A DNA stretch of 20,000 bases from an uncultured virus (IMG/VR IMGVR_UViG_3300046500_000156). Taxonomy: Duplodnaviria > Heunggongvirae > Uroviricota > Caudoviricetes > Schitoviridae. The notes under the pieces were generated by a model that was given only the letters and a program-made list of their open reading frames with translations, was not told the origin of the DNA and ran no database searches. The position numbers and the translations under genes are program-made. The stretch lies in IMG/VR virus record IMGVR_UViG_3300046500_000156. One strand, written 5' to 3'. Every line of letters begins with the position of its first letter. Positions within the stretch are counted from its first letter, which is position 1. This document shows positions 1-7,986 of this stretch, in pieces.

Positions 1-129
1 GTCCATGCCGAGCGCACGGATAATGTCCTCGCACTCCGCCTGATACGGAGCCTGTTCCTTGCGCTGCGGATTGTCGACACGGCACAGGTAGTAGTTCACC
101 TTACCGCCCGTGAGCTTGGCGTCGCTCAT
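1..129 (-). CDS. Conserved phage protein, N-terminal part only (runs off the window edge); DUF3310-like, at the N4 gp41-like position
   Basis: Manual translation from ATG at 129: MSDAKLTGGKVNYYLCRVDNPQRKEQAPYQAECEDIIRALGMD. It starts 2 nt after the upstream stop. GG.VNYY...ECEDII.ALGM resembles the start of a common phage family (from memory). Not in the ORF track. Confidence 0.65.
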   Translation of the reverse strand, partial: MSDAKLTGGKVNYYLCRVDNPQRKEQAPYQAECEDIIRALGMD

Positions 130-131
130 GA

Positions 132-482
132 TCAGAGCCCGCCCTTGATGACCGACATCACCTTCTTGGCTGCGCTCTCGTCCACCTTCGGAGGCGCGAG
201 GAACTCGTCCTCGGTCATGAAGCCGAGCGTGACGATGTTGTTGATCACCACATCGACGATGTCGATGGTCTGGAACTCTTCGCCGAGCTTCTTGAGCAGC
301 TGCATCTGTACGGCCTGCTGCGCCTTGCCGATCATGGCCGAAGGAAGCTGGTCCTTGTCGCCCGTGATGGTGGCGTTCAGCGGAACCGAAGACGGCTGTG
401 CGTTCTCGACACCCTTCACATGGAAGACGATGGTGGCCGAGACGAGGAAGAAGAAACGTTTCTTGGATGCGGGAGCTTTCAT
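132..482 (-). CDS. Hypothetical protein, 116 aa (immediately downstream of the DNA polymerase, N4 gp40-like position)
   Basis: ORF track; GAGG upstream of ATG; codon usage like the neighbours; syntenic position. Confidence 0.8.
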   Translation of the reverse strand: MKAPASKKRFFFLVSATIVFHVKGVENAQPSSVPLNATITGDKDQLPSAMIGKAQQAVQMQLLKKLGEEFQTIDIVDVVINNIVTLGFMTEDEFLAPPKVDESAAKKVMSVIKGGL

Positions 483-497
483 GTGGGCCTCAATTGA

Positions 498-531
498 TGA
501 AGAAGGGGAGCCGGTTTCCCTTGGCTCCCCT
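498..531 (-). terminator. GC-rich hairpin with GAAA loop: weak intrinsic terminator or 5' stabilising hairpin
   Basis: Minus strand AGGGGAGCC-AA-GG-GAAA-CC-GGCTCCCCT, followed by TCTTCA. Arms at 504-512 and 523-531. The U-tract is weak. Confidence 0.55.
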
Positions 532-547
532 CAAACTTATTTCTAAT
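529..547 (-). promoter_or_regulatory. Repeated motif copy 1 (ATTAGA-AATAAG-TTTGAGG), candidate phage middle promoter
   Basis: One of six co-oriented copies with identical 6-nt spacing. Confidence 0.6.
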
Positions 548-596
548 GGACGGATGATAAAGGACGATTTCAGCGGTGTCTAGCGGTTAACTGCAA

Positions 597-615
597 CCCC
601 AAACAAACCTCTAAT
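597..615 (-). promoter_or_regulatory. Repeated motif copy 2 (ATTAGA-GGTTTG-TTTGGGG)
   Basis: Same bipartite motif; abuts the polymerase stop codon. Confidence 0.55.
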
Positions 616-3236
616 TACGCAGCGAGTTTCTCCATGGCGGCATCGAGCACGGCGAGGATCTCCGGCTCTCTGGCCCCATTGGGAATGGTGATTTCGTTGG
701 CCCAGGTCGGGAAGAAAATACCGACCTCGCCGCCGAGCTTCACCTGGTCATGCCAGATGTCCGGGTGGTCCTGCCACTGCACGGCCTTCACCAGGTGTTC
801 GTTCATGAATTCGAGACACTTCATGTCCTCATCCACCAGGTAATACTGGGCATCGTGGATGTGGGCGCAGGGCCGAATCCGTGTACGCATGTACGGGGCG
901 GCCCGCACCTTTTCCATGAACTCGACACCGGCTCGGGTGTTGAGCAGACACCAGCTCTGCCCGAGCGCATTGCCGGCAGTACGGCCTTCAGCTTCCGCTT
1001 CCCGTGGCGTCTTGCTCGTGCCACGGATCACCTGAGCCAGACGGGGAGTGCGAACCCTCAGACCAAAAGCCACGGTCACGTAACCATCCTTGGATGCTTT
1101 GTCGAGCTTGTCCTGCACCCAGTCGATGCTCACCTTGTAGAGCGACTTGTACGCCGCCTCGATGGACATGGCCAGCGTGAGCGAAAAGCCGCAGTTCTTC
1201 ATCAAGGTGGCATACGTCCCTTGATAGGTGAGGGCGAAGGTTGGTGCCTTGGACTTGCCGCGTAGCACGGAATACTTCCCGTCGATGGAGTTGATGCTGT
1301 CCACCGAATTGGGATCGATGTCTGGCATCTGCTCACCGAAGTACGAGTAAGCCCGCAGACAGTGTCCGTCATAGCCATCGGTGTAGACCTTGAGCTTGTT
1401 CGGATCCTTGGTCGTGAGCGCACTGATGCGATCCTCGAGCGAGGCGAAGTCCAGTCCCGCATAGATCTTGCCGGGTGGTGCTTCGACGCACTTCTTGATC
1501 ATCTTGCCGTACTCGCCCTTGCGGCCCTTGTGGCCACCAGCTGGCAGGTTCTGCAGGTTCGGCTCATTGGATGACAGCCGTCCGGAGACGGTGCCGCCCA
1601 GGTTGAAGCCACCGAACATGTAATACCAGCCGTCAGGACCGAGCTGAGCGTTCTCCATCGCCGGGATGAAGGTGCCCAGAATCTTCTCGACCAGCTTGAA
1701 GTCGAGCATGGCCTTCAGGAACTCCAGCATGTGTGGATCCTGGGTGTGGTTCTGCAACGCCTCGAAGGTCTTGGCGTTGGTCTTCGGCTGCCGGGTGGCG
1801 GACAGGTCGATGACTGGCAGACCGTGCACCTCGAAGAGCAGGTCTTGTAGCTGGGGCGCCGAGCGAGGATTGAACTCGCGCTCATCCTGCGGGCAGTCTG
1901 CGACCGTGACGCGCTTCTTTTTCAGGGTGGCGTTCTTCTTCTCCGCCCATTTCTCAGCCCGTCGATACGAATACTGCTGCGCAATCTTCGACTGGCTGAT
2001 GATGGTCAGCGACCGGTCATAGTCGGTCTGCATTTCTGCTTTGACCTTCTTGACCGTCTGCATGTTGATGGGCAGGCCCGTCAACTGCATCTGGATGATG
2101 TCCACCGTTCCCGGTTTGAAAAGGGTCTGGTAGATGTTGAGCTGGTCATCCTTGACCATGGTCGGGTAGTGCTTGTTGTAGACGAACCAGGTAGACAGGC
2201 AGTCCACCAGGTTGTATTCCAGCAACTGCGGCAGGGGGATCTTGGTGATGTCCTCGATCTCCGATTGCGCGTAGTTGCCGGCGAATGCCTGTGACTGGTC
2301 CTTCAGACCGAGACTGTTACCGGCACAGGAATTCGTCGCCAGATACGTGATCAGCAGCGTGCAGTCCCAGTTCCGGAGCATCACTTCGATGCCGTTGAGC
2401 AGGCCTTCGGTGTCGACGATGTGCTTCATGTACAGCTGATAGATCAGGATGTACACGTCAAAAGCGATGCGGTGATAGGCCGCTTTCTGCTTGAGCCGGT
2501 TGAAGAACTTGCGCAGCAGCATGCGGCGGTGCTCGTTTCTCACCTGTCTGCCGAACGGGGCTTCGGTCGCTCCCTCGATGGGCACATAGTCCACCGGGAA
2601 GGCAATCCCTTCTCCCTGGTTCCAGGCGAAGCTGATGGTGCCGATGCCAGCGTTATAGTGCTTCAGGCCAAACGTCTCGATGTCAATCGACAGCGACACG
2701 TTCATGTCGATGAGCTTGTCCAGCCACGCCTCGATCTCCACATCCGTCTGAGGATAATCAGCGAATTTGATGATGCCGTGGCCGGGTGCCTTATAGGCGC
2801 CGGTTGCGTGCTCCACCATGGCGTCGATGCCTTGCTTGATCTTCGCCCGGATACCGGTCGGATCGGCAAAGAGCGCTCTGAACGAAGGAATGTAGAGCAC
2901 CTTCTGGTCGCCGAACTTGGAGTCCATCACGTAGCCGAGATTGGCATCGCTCTTGTTGGCGCCGGTGAGCGTCTTGAAGTAGCCGGAGTCAGTCACAAGG
3001 ATGTACTGCACCTTGTTGTCATCCAGCGTGCCTTGCAGCTGCTCCTTGATGTAGCGCTGCATCTCGGCAGCCGAAGTCTTCTTGCCGGTGAAGTGCAGGT
3101 CGAGCACCATCACGTCATCCTGATGCACTTTCCCGCCCTCGGGAAAGTACGCACGGGCAATCTCATCCTTCATGATCTGACCGACCAGAAGACACACCGG
3201 ATACTCCGGCTGCTGTGACCAAACGTGATGCCGCAT
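615..3236 (-). CDS. polA: Family A DNA polymerase with 3'-5' exonuclease domain (N4 gp39-like)
   Basis: ExoI SIDIET; ExoIII YNLVD; GTVSGRLSS.EPNLQNLP; motif A DFASLEDRI; motif B RGKSKAPTFALTYQG; motif C HIHDA. Start moved from 3398 to ATG 3236, which has AGGAG 9 nt upstream and removes the overlap with the upstream gene. Confidence 0.97.
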   Translation of the reverse strand: MRHHVWSQQPEYPVCLLVGQIMKDEIARAYFPEGGKVHQDDVMVLDLHFTGKKTSAAEMQRYIKEQLQGTLDDNKVQYILVTDSGYFKTLTGANKSDANLGYVMDSKFGDQKVLYIPSFRALFADPTGIRAKIKQGIDAMVEHATGAYKAPGHGIIKFADYPQTDVEIEAWLDKLIDMNVSLSIDIETFGLKHYNAGIGTISFAWNQGEGIAFPVDYVPIEGATEAPFGRQVRNEHRRMLLRKFFNRLKQKAAYHRIAFDVYILIYQLYMKHIVDTEGLLNGIEVMLRNWDCTLLITYLATNSCAGNSLGLKDQSQAFAGNYAQSEIEDITKIPLPQLLEYNLVDCLSTWFVYNKHYPTMVKDDQLNIYQTLFKPGTVDIIQMQLTGLPINMQTVKKVKAEMQTDYDRSLTIISQSKIAQQYSYRRAEKWAEKKNATLKKKRVTVADCPQDEREFNPRSAPQLQDLLFEVHGLPVIDLSATRQPKTNAKTFEALQNHTQDPHMLEFLKAMLDFKLVEKILGTFIPAMENAQLGPDGWYYMFGGFNLGGTVSGRLSSNEPNLQNLPAGGHKGRKGEYGKMIKKCVEAPPGKIYAGLDFASLEDRISALTTKDPNKLKVYTDGYDGHCLRAYSYFGEQMPDIDPNSVDSINSIDGKYSVLRGKSKAPTFALTYQGTYATLMKNCGFSLTLAMSIEAAYKSLYKVSIDWVQDKLDKASKDGYVTVAFGLRVRTPRLAQVIRGTSKTPREAEAEGRTAGNALGQSWCLLNTRAGVEFMEKVRAAPYMRTRIRPCAHIHDAQYYLVDEDMKCLEFMNEHLVKAVQWQDHPDIWHDQVKLGGEVGIFFPTWANEITIPNGAREPEILAVLDAAMEKLAA

Positions 3237-3250
3237 CTCGTGAAGCTCCT

Positions 3251-3784
3251 TCAGTAAATCAGTCGGGTTGTTGCGTACAGCTGGATCTTCGGCAGGATCT
3301 TCTCGAACTGCCGTCTGTCCCTCGGGGTGAGATGACATGTCGCCTCCTCGAAAGGCATCGTGCGTTCCAGATTGGAGCCAGTGACAGCAACCAGGCACTC
3401 CGGCATCCGGTTGCGAAAGTCCTGCCGGTCATTCCAGCCATGCAGACACTTGAAGAGCGTCTGCTGGATCTGGTCTTTATCCAGGCGGAGTTCTCGCGTT
3501 TCCTTGAGCCACTTGTCCATCTGATCGTTCAGTGCGAACGCCAGATTGGATGCGCACTTGGTGGGAACCTTGACAGTGCGGCCATGCGCAAACACCTCAC
3601 CGCCATACCGGAAGGCCAGCCAGCCCCGTTGTTCCGGGGGCAGGATCTCTTCGTGCATTTCCACGATGCGATCCAGTGCCTGCTGCATCCTTCGGCTCTC
3701 TGGCTCAAAAACTCGGTCCATGAACTGGGTGAGCCACTTGTACGTCTGGTTCCCTGCGGTGACAGGTAAGGGCTTGGTGGCCAT
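3251..3784 (-). CDS. Hypothetical protein, 177 aa (between helicase and polymerase, N4 gp38-like position)
   Basis: ORF track; AAAGGAAAG RBS; tight packing and synteny. Confidence 0.85.
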   Translation of the reverse strand: MATKPLPVTAGNQTYKWLTQFMDRVFEPESRRMQQALDRIVEMHEEILPPEQRGWLAFRYGGEVFAHGRTVKVPTKCASNLAFALNDQMDKWLKETRELRLDKDQIQQTLFKCLHGWNDRQDFRNRMPECLVAVTGSNLERTMPFEEATCHLTPRDRRQFEKILPKIQLYATTRLIY

Positions 3785-3794
3785 GATCTTTCCT

Positions 3795-5093
3795 TTATCG
3801 GGTCATGCCTCCGAACTTCTCGGCCAGGTCGCCATAGCAGACGACCCTTCGGCGAGCACGGCTGAAGGCGACATAGAGCAGGCGGGCAGCCTGGTCCGGA
3901 TTGCGGCAGGTGGACAGGTCATCGAGATCGATGAACACCGTGTCGTAGGTGGAGCCTTGCGCCTTGTGGACGGTGGCCGCATCCCGCTGACGCAGATCCG
4001 GGTGGGTCTTTTTCAGGTCGTAATACATGAACCAGTTCTTCTGGCTCTTGTAGTACTTCAGCAGCCGGTCGAAGTGATCCCGGTCCACTGGCACTTCCAC
4101 GTCGCGGTAGACCTCGTTGTAACGGTTGGCCAGCGTCGTGTGGATGATCTCGAGCTCCACGCCACCTTCGAGCTGGATCATCTCGGTGTCACCCTGGTAG
4201 ATGATTTCGAGTTCCTCTTCCACGTGGATGGTCATGTTGCCCAGCATCACCGCGGAGTTGTTGATGAGGAATTCACCCACCGTGTAGTCGTTGCCCAAGC
4301 CCCGCATCTCACGGATGTGGGCGTTGTAGTCCTTCACCCGGTTATTGGTGTAGGCGAGGATGCGCTTGTCGTGCGTCTGCTCGGCAAAGGCCTTGGCCAC
4401 TTCCGCTTCCATCGCCGGGCCATCGAGCCAGTCGATGATGCCGGGGACAGCCCGGATGGGCTTGAAGACACCGGTTTTCACCGTCTCACGCAGCTGGGCG
4501 TTGGTCGCCTGCAGCTCGGGGATGGTGGTGCGCATCTGCTCTTCGAGCTCGAAGAAGGGCAGACTGGCGACATACACGGGGCTCACCGCTTCCATGATCG
4601 GGGAGAGCTGGCAGTGATCGCCCACGTAGACGATCTTGCAGCCGTTGGTGCCTTCCAGGATCTTGTTGCGCAGGGGCGTATCGATCATCGAGGCTTCGTC
4701 GATGAAGAGAATCTTGTTGTGGTGCACCTTCCATTGTTTCCCTGGCTCAAGACGGGTCTGGCCGGTCCTGAAATCTTCCTTGATGATCAGGTTCAGGAAC
4801 GAATGGATGGTTTGCGTGGGCCGTTTGGTGGCTTCCGCCAGCACTTCAGCGGCCTTGTTGGTGGTGGCCGTCATCACCACTTCGGTGAAGCGGGATTTCT
4901 CGCCAAGCATCTGGCACATCTGCTCGTATTGGGGCATCACCTGATCGATCAGGTAGCTCATCAGGTACGTCTTGCCCACGCCTCCGGGGCCGGAGATGCA
5001 GAGTTCTTTGTCAGGACCGAACAGGAATTGCATGAAGCCTTCCGCTGCGGCCTGCTGTCCGCTATTGAGCGGAATGGTTTTCAGTTGTTCCAT
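3795..5093 (-). CDS. SF1B DNA helicase, Dda/RecD-like (N4 gp37-like)
   Basis: Q-motif LNSGQQAA; Walker A GPGGVGKT; TATTNKAA; Walker B FIDEASM; VGDHCQLSP; ATVHKAQGSTYD; LLYVAFSRAR. Confidence 0.95.
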   Translation of the reverse strand: MEQLKTIPLNSGQQAAAEGFMQFLFGPDKELCISGPGGVGKTYLMSYLIDQVMPQYEQMCQMLGEKSRFTEVVMTATTNKAAEVLAEATKRPTQTIHSFLNLIIKEDFRTGQTRLEPGKQWKVHHNKILFIDEASMIDTPLRNKILEGTNGCKIVYVGDHCQLSPIMEAVSPVYVASLPFFELEEQMRTTIPELQATNAQLRETVKTGVFKPIRAVPGIIDWLDGPAMEAEVAKAFAEQTHDKRILAYTNNRVKDYNAHIREMRGLGNDYTVGEFLINNSAVMLGNMTIHVEEELEIIYQGDTEMIQLEGGVELEIIHTTLANRYNEVYRDVEVPVDRDHFDRLLKYYKSQKNWFMYYDLKKTHPDLRQRDAATVHKAQGSTYDTVFIDLDDLSTCRNPDQAARLLYVAFSRARRRVVCYGDLAEKFGGMTR

Positions 5094-5122
5094 GTAGGTG
5101 TACTAAAGACGAGTGTGACCAA

Positions 5123-5146
5123 TCCCTCCGGGGTGAGCCAGAGGGA
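5123..5146 (-). terminator. Intergenic hairpin upstream of the helicase (possible weak terminator or processing site)
   Basis: Minus strand TCCCTCTGG-CTCACC-CCGGAGGGA (9 bp including one G-U), followed only by TT. Confidence 0.35.
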
Positions 5147-5165
5147 AAGGATAGGGAGGGGTGTT

Positions 5166-5687
5166 TTAGACGGTTACGGCTTCGTCGTCAAAGACGGGGA
5201 TGCGGGCCGGAACGAACTGACCCAGATCGGCCTTGAAGTAGTTCGGGCCTTTCATGATCTTGCCGTTGGCATCGACGATGGGCTGGCCGTTGCTGTCGAA
5301 CTTGGACCAGTTCGATGCGTTGACCTCGTCGAGTGCTTCAACCACCGGGAAACCAGCATGCTGGCCCACGCCAGAGCTGGTGACGATCTGGTCACAGATG
5401 GAGTCGAGAAACTCCTGACGATCCTTGGGCTCGACCGTAATCGAGTTGGGATTCGTTTTCAGAAACTGAGCCAATGCCTTGAGGGCAACTCTCGCTTCAT
5501 GCAGACGCCAGTCAGCTCCTGCCGTGACCGCGGTAAGCGCGTCAAGCATCTCTGCGACTTCTTCGAAGTGGACACCGAGCTGAGTATGGAACTGCTTGTT
5601 GGTTGGGGTAGGCCGTGCTGCCTCGAACCACGCAAGAGTTGCGCTCAAGGTATTAGGCTGCTTTCTTTGGCTTTGTTGGTTTGACAT
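5166..5687 (-). CDS. MazG-like / PRA-PH-like all-alpha NTP pyrophosphohydrolase
   Basis: HFEEVAEM...EFLDSICDQIVT...EVNASNWSKF...GKIMKGPNYFKADL: EExxE/ExxD metal ligands and the C-terminal signature of phage NTP-PPases. Start set at ATG 5687 (MSNQQ). Confidence 0.88.
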   Translation of the reverse strand: MSNQQSQRKQPNTLSATLAWFEAARPTPTNKQFHTQLGVHFEEVAEMLDALTAVTAGADWRLHEARVALKALAQFLKTNPNSITVEPKDRQEFLDSICDQIVTSSGVGQHAGFPVVEALDEVNASNWSKFDSNGQPIVDANGKIMKGPNYFKADLGQFVPARIPVFDDEAVTV

Positions 5688-5997
5688 CGGGTTTCCCACT
5701 CTTGGATAAATACTCCTCCACAAGCAGGTTTCTCACAAAGTCCTTGATGGAAATATGAGGGCCAAGCTGCTGAGTTAGCCATTCCTGCTGCTTTGGAGAC
5801 AGTGACATGAAAACATCTTCCATGAAGGTGCGCCGAGTGTCAGAGGGACTGACGCCAAGTGCCTTCAGGCGGATGGTGACGGTGGTGGGATGACAGCCCA
5901 GTACTTTGGCAATGGAGGACAAGGACAACCCAACTGAATTCAGTCGGATAATGTCCTCGTCTGTTGCCTTCCGGTTGGGCCGGTAAACGTTCGACAT
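5653..5997 (-). CDS. Helix-turn-helix DNA-binding protein, 114 aa (N4 gp35-like position)
   Basis: DEDIIRLNSVGLSLSSIAKVLGCHPTTVTIRLKALG is an HTH pattern; GAGGAG RBS upstream of ATG 5997. Confidence 0.8.
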   Translation of the reverse strand: MSNVYRPNRKATDEDIIRLNSVGLSLSSIAKVLGCHPTTVTIRLKALGVSPSDTRRTFMEDVFMSLSPKQQEWLTQQLGPHISIKDFVRNLLVEEYLSKSGKPDVKPTKPKKAA

Positions 5998-6009
5998 AAC
6001 TGCAACTCT

Positions 6010-6028
6010 CCTCAAAATAACCTCTAGT
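6010..6028 (-). promoter_or_regulatory. Repeated motif copy 3 (ACTAGA-GGTTAT-TTTGAGG)
   Basis: Same motif and spacing; overlapped by an inverted repeat TCTAGT(6023-6028)/ACTAGA(6037-6042). Confidence 0.55.
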
Positions 6029-6096
6029 TTGACATGACTAGAACTATCTTGGAAGAGAGGCCGGTTTACTGTGTCTTTTCCCACCAAACTCAGACT

Positions 6097-7986
6097 TTAG
6101 ATCTGGAGCTTTTTCTTCAGTCGATAGACCTGGTCCTTGGACAGTCCGGTTTTGGAAGCAACTTCTGAATTAGCTTTGCCGGCTTTCAGGAGTTTCTTGG
6201 CTTTCTCCCACTGTCCATCCGCAGCTTGGACAGCCGCCACCGGAGTGGACTTGACCGGGGCTTGAGCCTTCGGCTCGTTTACTGGCGCGGCTTCGCAGTT
6301 AAATGTCTTCTCGACATCCTGGGCATCCTCGGCAGAAATGCCCAATACTGCCCAGCCTTTTCGAGTCGACTTACGGAAAGCCACCAGAGCTTGTGCTGCC
6401 TTTTGCTCTGCGGGGAATGACATCGCCCCTTGGAATGCGGACAGCAGTTGCTGAGCCTTGTCCTTTTGGCTCAACTTAGTCTCGGATTTCGCCGTCTGGG
6501 TTTTGTCCACTTCGCCCGGCGAGGTTTCTTTGGGGTCAGTTGACATAATTGTTTTGATCGAACTTTCGTCCGGCTGCACCAGATCCGTGGCTTTCACGTC
6601 AGGAGCGACCGGGGCTTTCGCTTCCAGCGCTTCCTGCATGTCGAGCGTCTCGGCCTTGTCCAGTACTACGACTGCCGGCACTGTCCTGGACTTGCCCGGT
6701 TCCACGTCCGTGTAGGTGACATTCGTACCCTGATCGCCACCGACTTCCACATACTGGGTGATGCCGATGTGCTCGCCTCGCAGCACCTGAGCCAGGAGAA
6801 GCGCACCTTCCGGGTCCGAGCTGATTGAGCCGCCGTTGTTGACGATGGCTTTGAGCTTGGGCGGAAGATTGGCCACGATGTGGTAACCGCTCACCCGCAT
6901 CTTGGTGTGGTCGTATTCCGGCACCGCGAACACGTCCTCCGGACGGACCTTGGCGATGACCGTCACGTCGCCTGAGAAGTTGGCCATATACGAGAGCGCG
7001 CCTACGTGCAGGCCGTTGGAGCAGTCACGGCGGCGGTTCGGATCGACCAGACCCGCCTTCATGAAAACGAAGGCGCCGACCTTCTGACGGATCCTGCCGG
7101 TGTGCACATCGACGAAGGTTTCACCATCGCGGCGATTGAGCCGCTTGTAGATGACGATGGTGCCGTCATCAGCAATCGGCAGATCGCCATGCTCGATGAA
7201 CTGCATCAGGTCTTCAACCGAGTGGCCACGCTGATCGATGATGTCAGCCAGGCGCTCGATGAACTTCGTGAAGCCCACGTAGTTCTCCAGCTTCTGGCTG
7301 GAACGCAGCTGACGGGCGAGCTTGTGCGCATCCGGAATGATGGCGCCAGTCGTCTGATGGACGGCGACGATGGTCTCCGTCTTCTCATCGAGGGGCTTGT
7401 GGAACTCCGGATCGACGGTCGTCTTGCTGTTGCTGACCAGCTGCTGCAGGCGAACTTGCGCTCGCTCGATCTTCTGATCATTGGTCAGCGCAGATTGAAT
7501 CTGACGGGTAGTTGCATATCCCGCCTCACCCCTTGCCTGGTGTGCCTGGTCAAACGCAACCTCAGCCGCATCAGGTACAACCGCCTGCGGAACTTCATTT
7601 TCCTCTCTGGCTCCCTGGTTCGGTACGTCCCTGCCGGGGAACACGCCAATGTCCAGCGGCGAGACGTGTGCTACTTCGACCGGCACGGCATCCGGCGACT
7701 CCGTGTTGACGAGCTTCTTCAGGAAACTCTTCGCCACCCGGAAGAACTTGACCACGCCGCCTGTCCCCTTCTCCGCATCGACGAACTCGGTGCGCTGCAC
7801 GACGATGGGCGTGACATCGACCAGTGCAGGCATACCCTCTGCCAGCGGAATGCGGGCATCGGCCACGATCTTGGGCAGACGGGCATCGCCTTGCGGGATG
7901 GTCAGGGTCGAGCCGTCATGCTTGTACAGCACGGCGTGTCTGGTATCGACCGACAACGCCACAATGGTGATGAGTGTCTTATTCAT
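6097..7986 (-). CDS. rIIB: rIIB-like protein with Ala/Lys/Pro-rich linker and C-terminal HTH
   Basis: rIIB core: SVEDLMQFIEHGDLPIADDG.IVIYK...D.HTG...VDPNRRRDCSNGLHVGALSY...KVRPEDVFAVP.YD.TKMRV..Y. Directly downstream of rIIA with an 8-nt overlap. Confidence 0.9.
   Translation of the reverse strand: MNKTLITIVALSVDTRHAVLYKHDGSTLTIPQGDARLPKIVADARIPLAEGMPALVDVTPIVVQRTEFVDAEKGTGGVVKFFRVAKSFLKKLVNTESPDAVPVEVAHVSPLDIGVFPGRDVPNQGAREENEVPQAVVPDAAEVAFDQAHQARGEAGYATTRQIQSALTNDQKIERAQVRLQQLVSNSKTTVDPEFHKPLDEKTETIVAVHQTTGAIIPDAHKLARQLRSSQKLENYVGFTKFIERLADIIDQRGHSVEDLMQFIEHGDLPIADDGTIVIYKRLNRRDGETFVDVHTGRIRQKVGAFVFMKAGLVDPNRRRDCSNGLHVGALSYMANFSGDVTVIAKVRPEDVFAVPEYDHTKMRVSGYHIVANLPPKLKAIVNNGGSISSDPEGALLLAQVLRGEHIGITQYVEVGGDQGTNVTYTDVEPGKSRTVPAVVVLDKAETLDMQEALEAKAPVAPDVKATDLVQPDESSIKTIMSTDPKETSPGEVDKTQTAKSETKLSQKDKAQQLLSAFQGAMSFPAEQKAAQALVAFRKSTRKGWAVLGISAEDAQDVEKTFNCEAAPVNEPKAQAPVKSTPVAAVQAADGQWEKAKKLLKAGKANSEVASKTGLSKDQVYRLKKKLQI

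Noticed and set aside
3237..3398. N-terminal extension of the polymerase in the ORF track
   Set aside because: It overlaps the upstream gene by about 150 nt, and a good RBS precedes ATG 3236.
3546..5684. 712-aa plus-strand ORF
   Set aside because: It is an antisense shadow of the helicase and neighbouring genes. Long stop-free reverse frames are expected with strong GC3 bias, and it has no recognisable motifs.
6081..6100. Possible extra motif copies at the rIIB stop (CTAAAG-tctgag-TTTGGTG) and near 14136-14156
   Set aside because: The TAGA half or the spacing does not match, so they were not counted.
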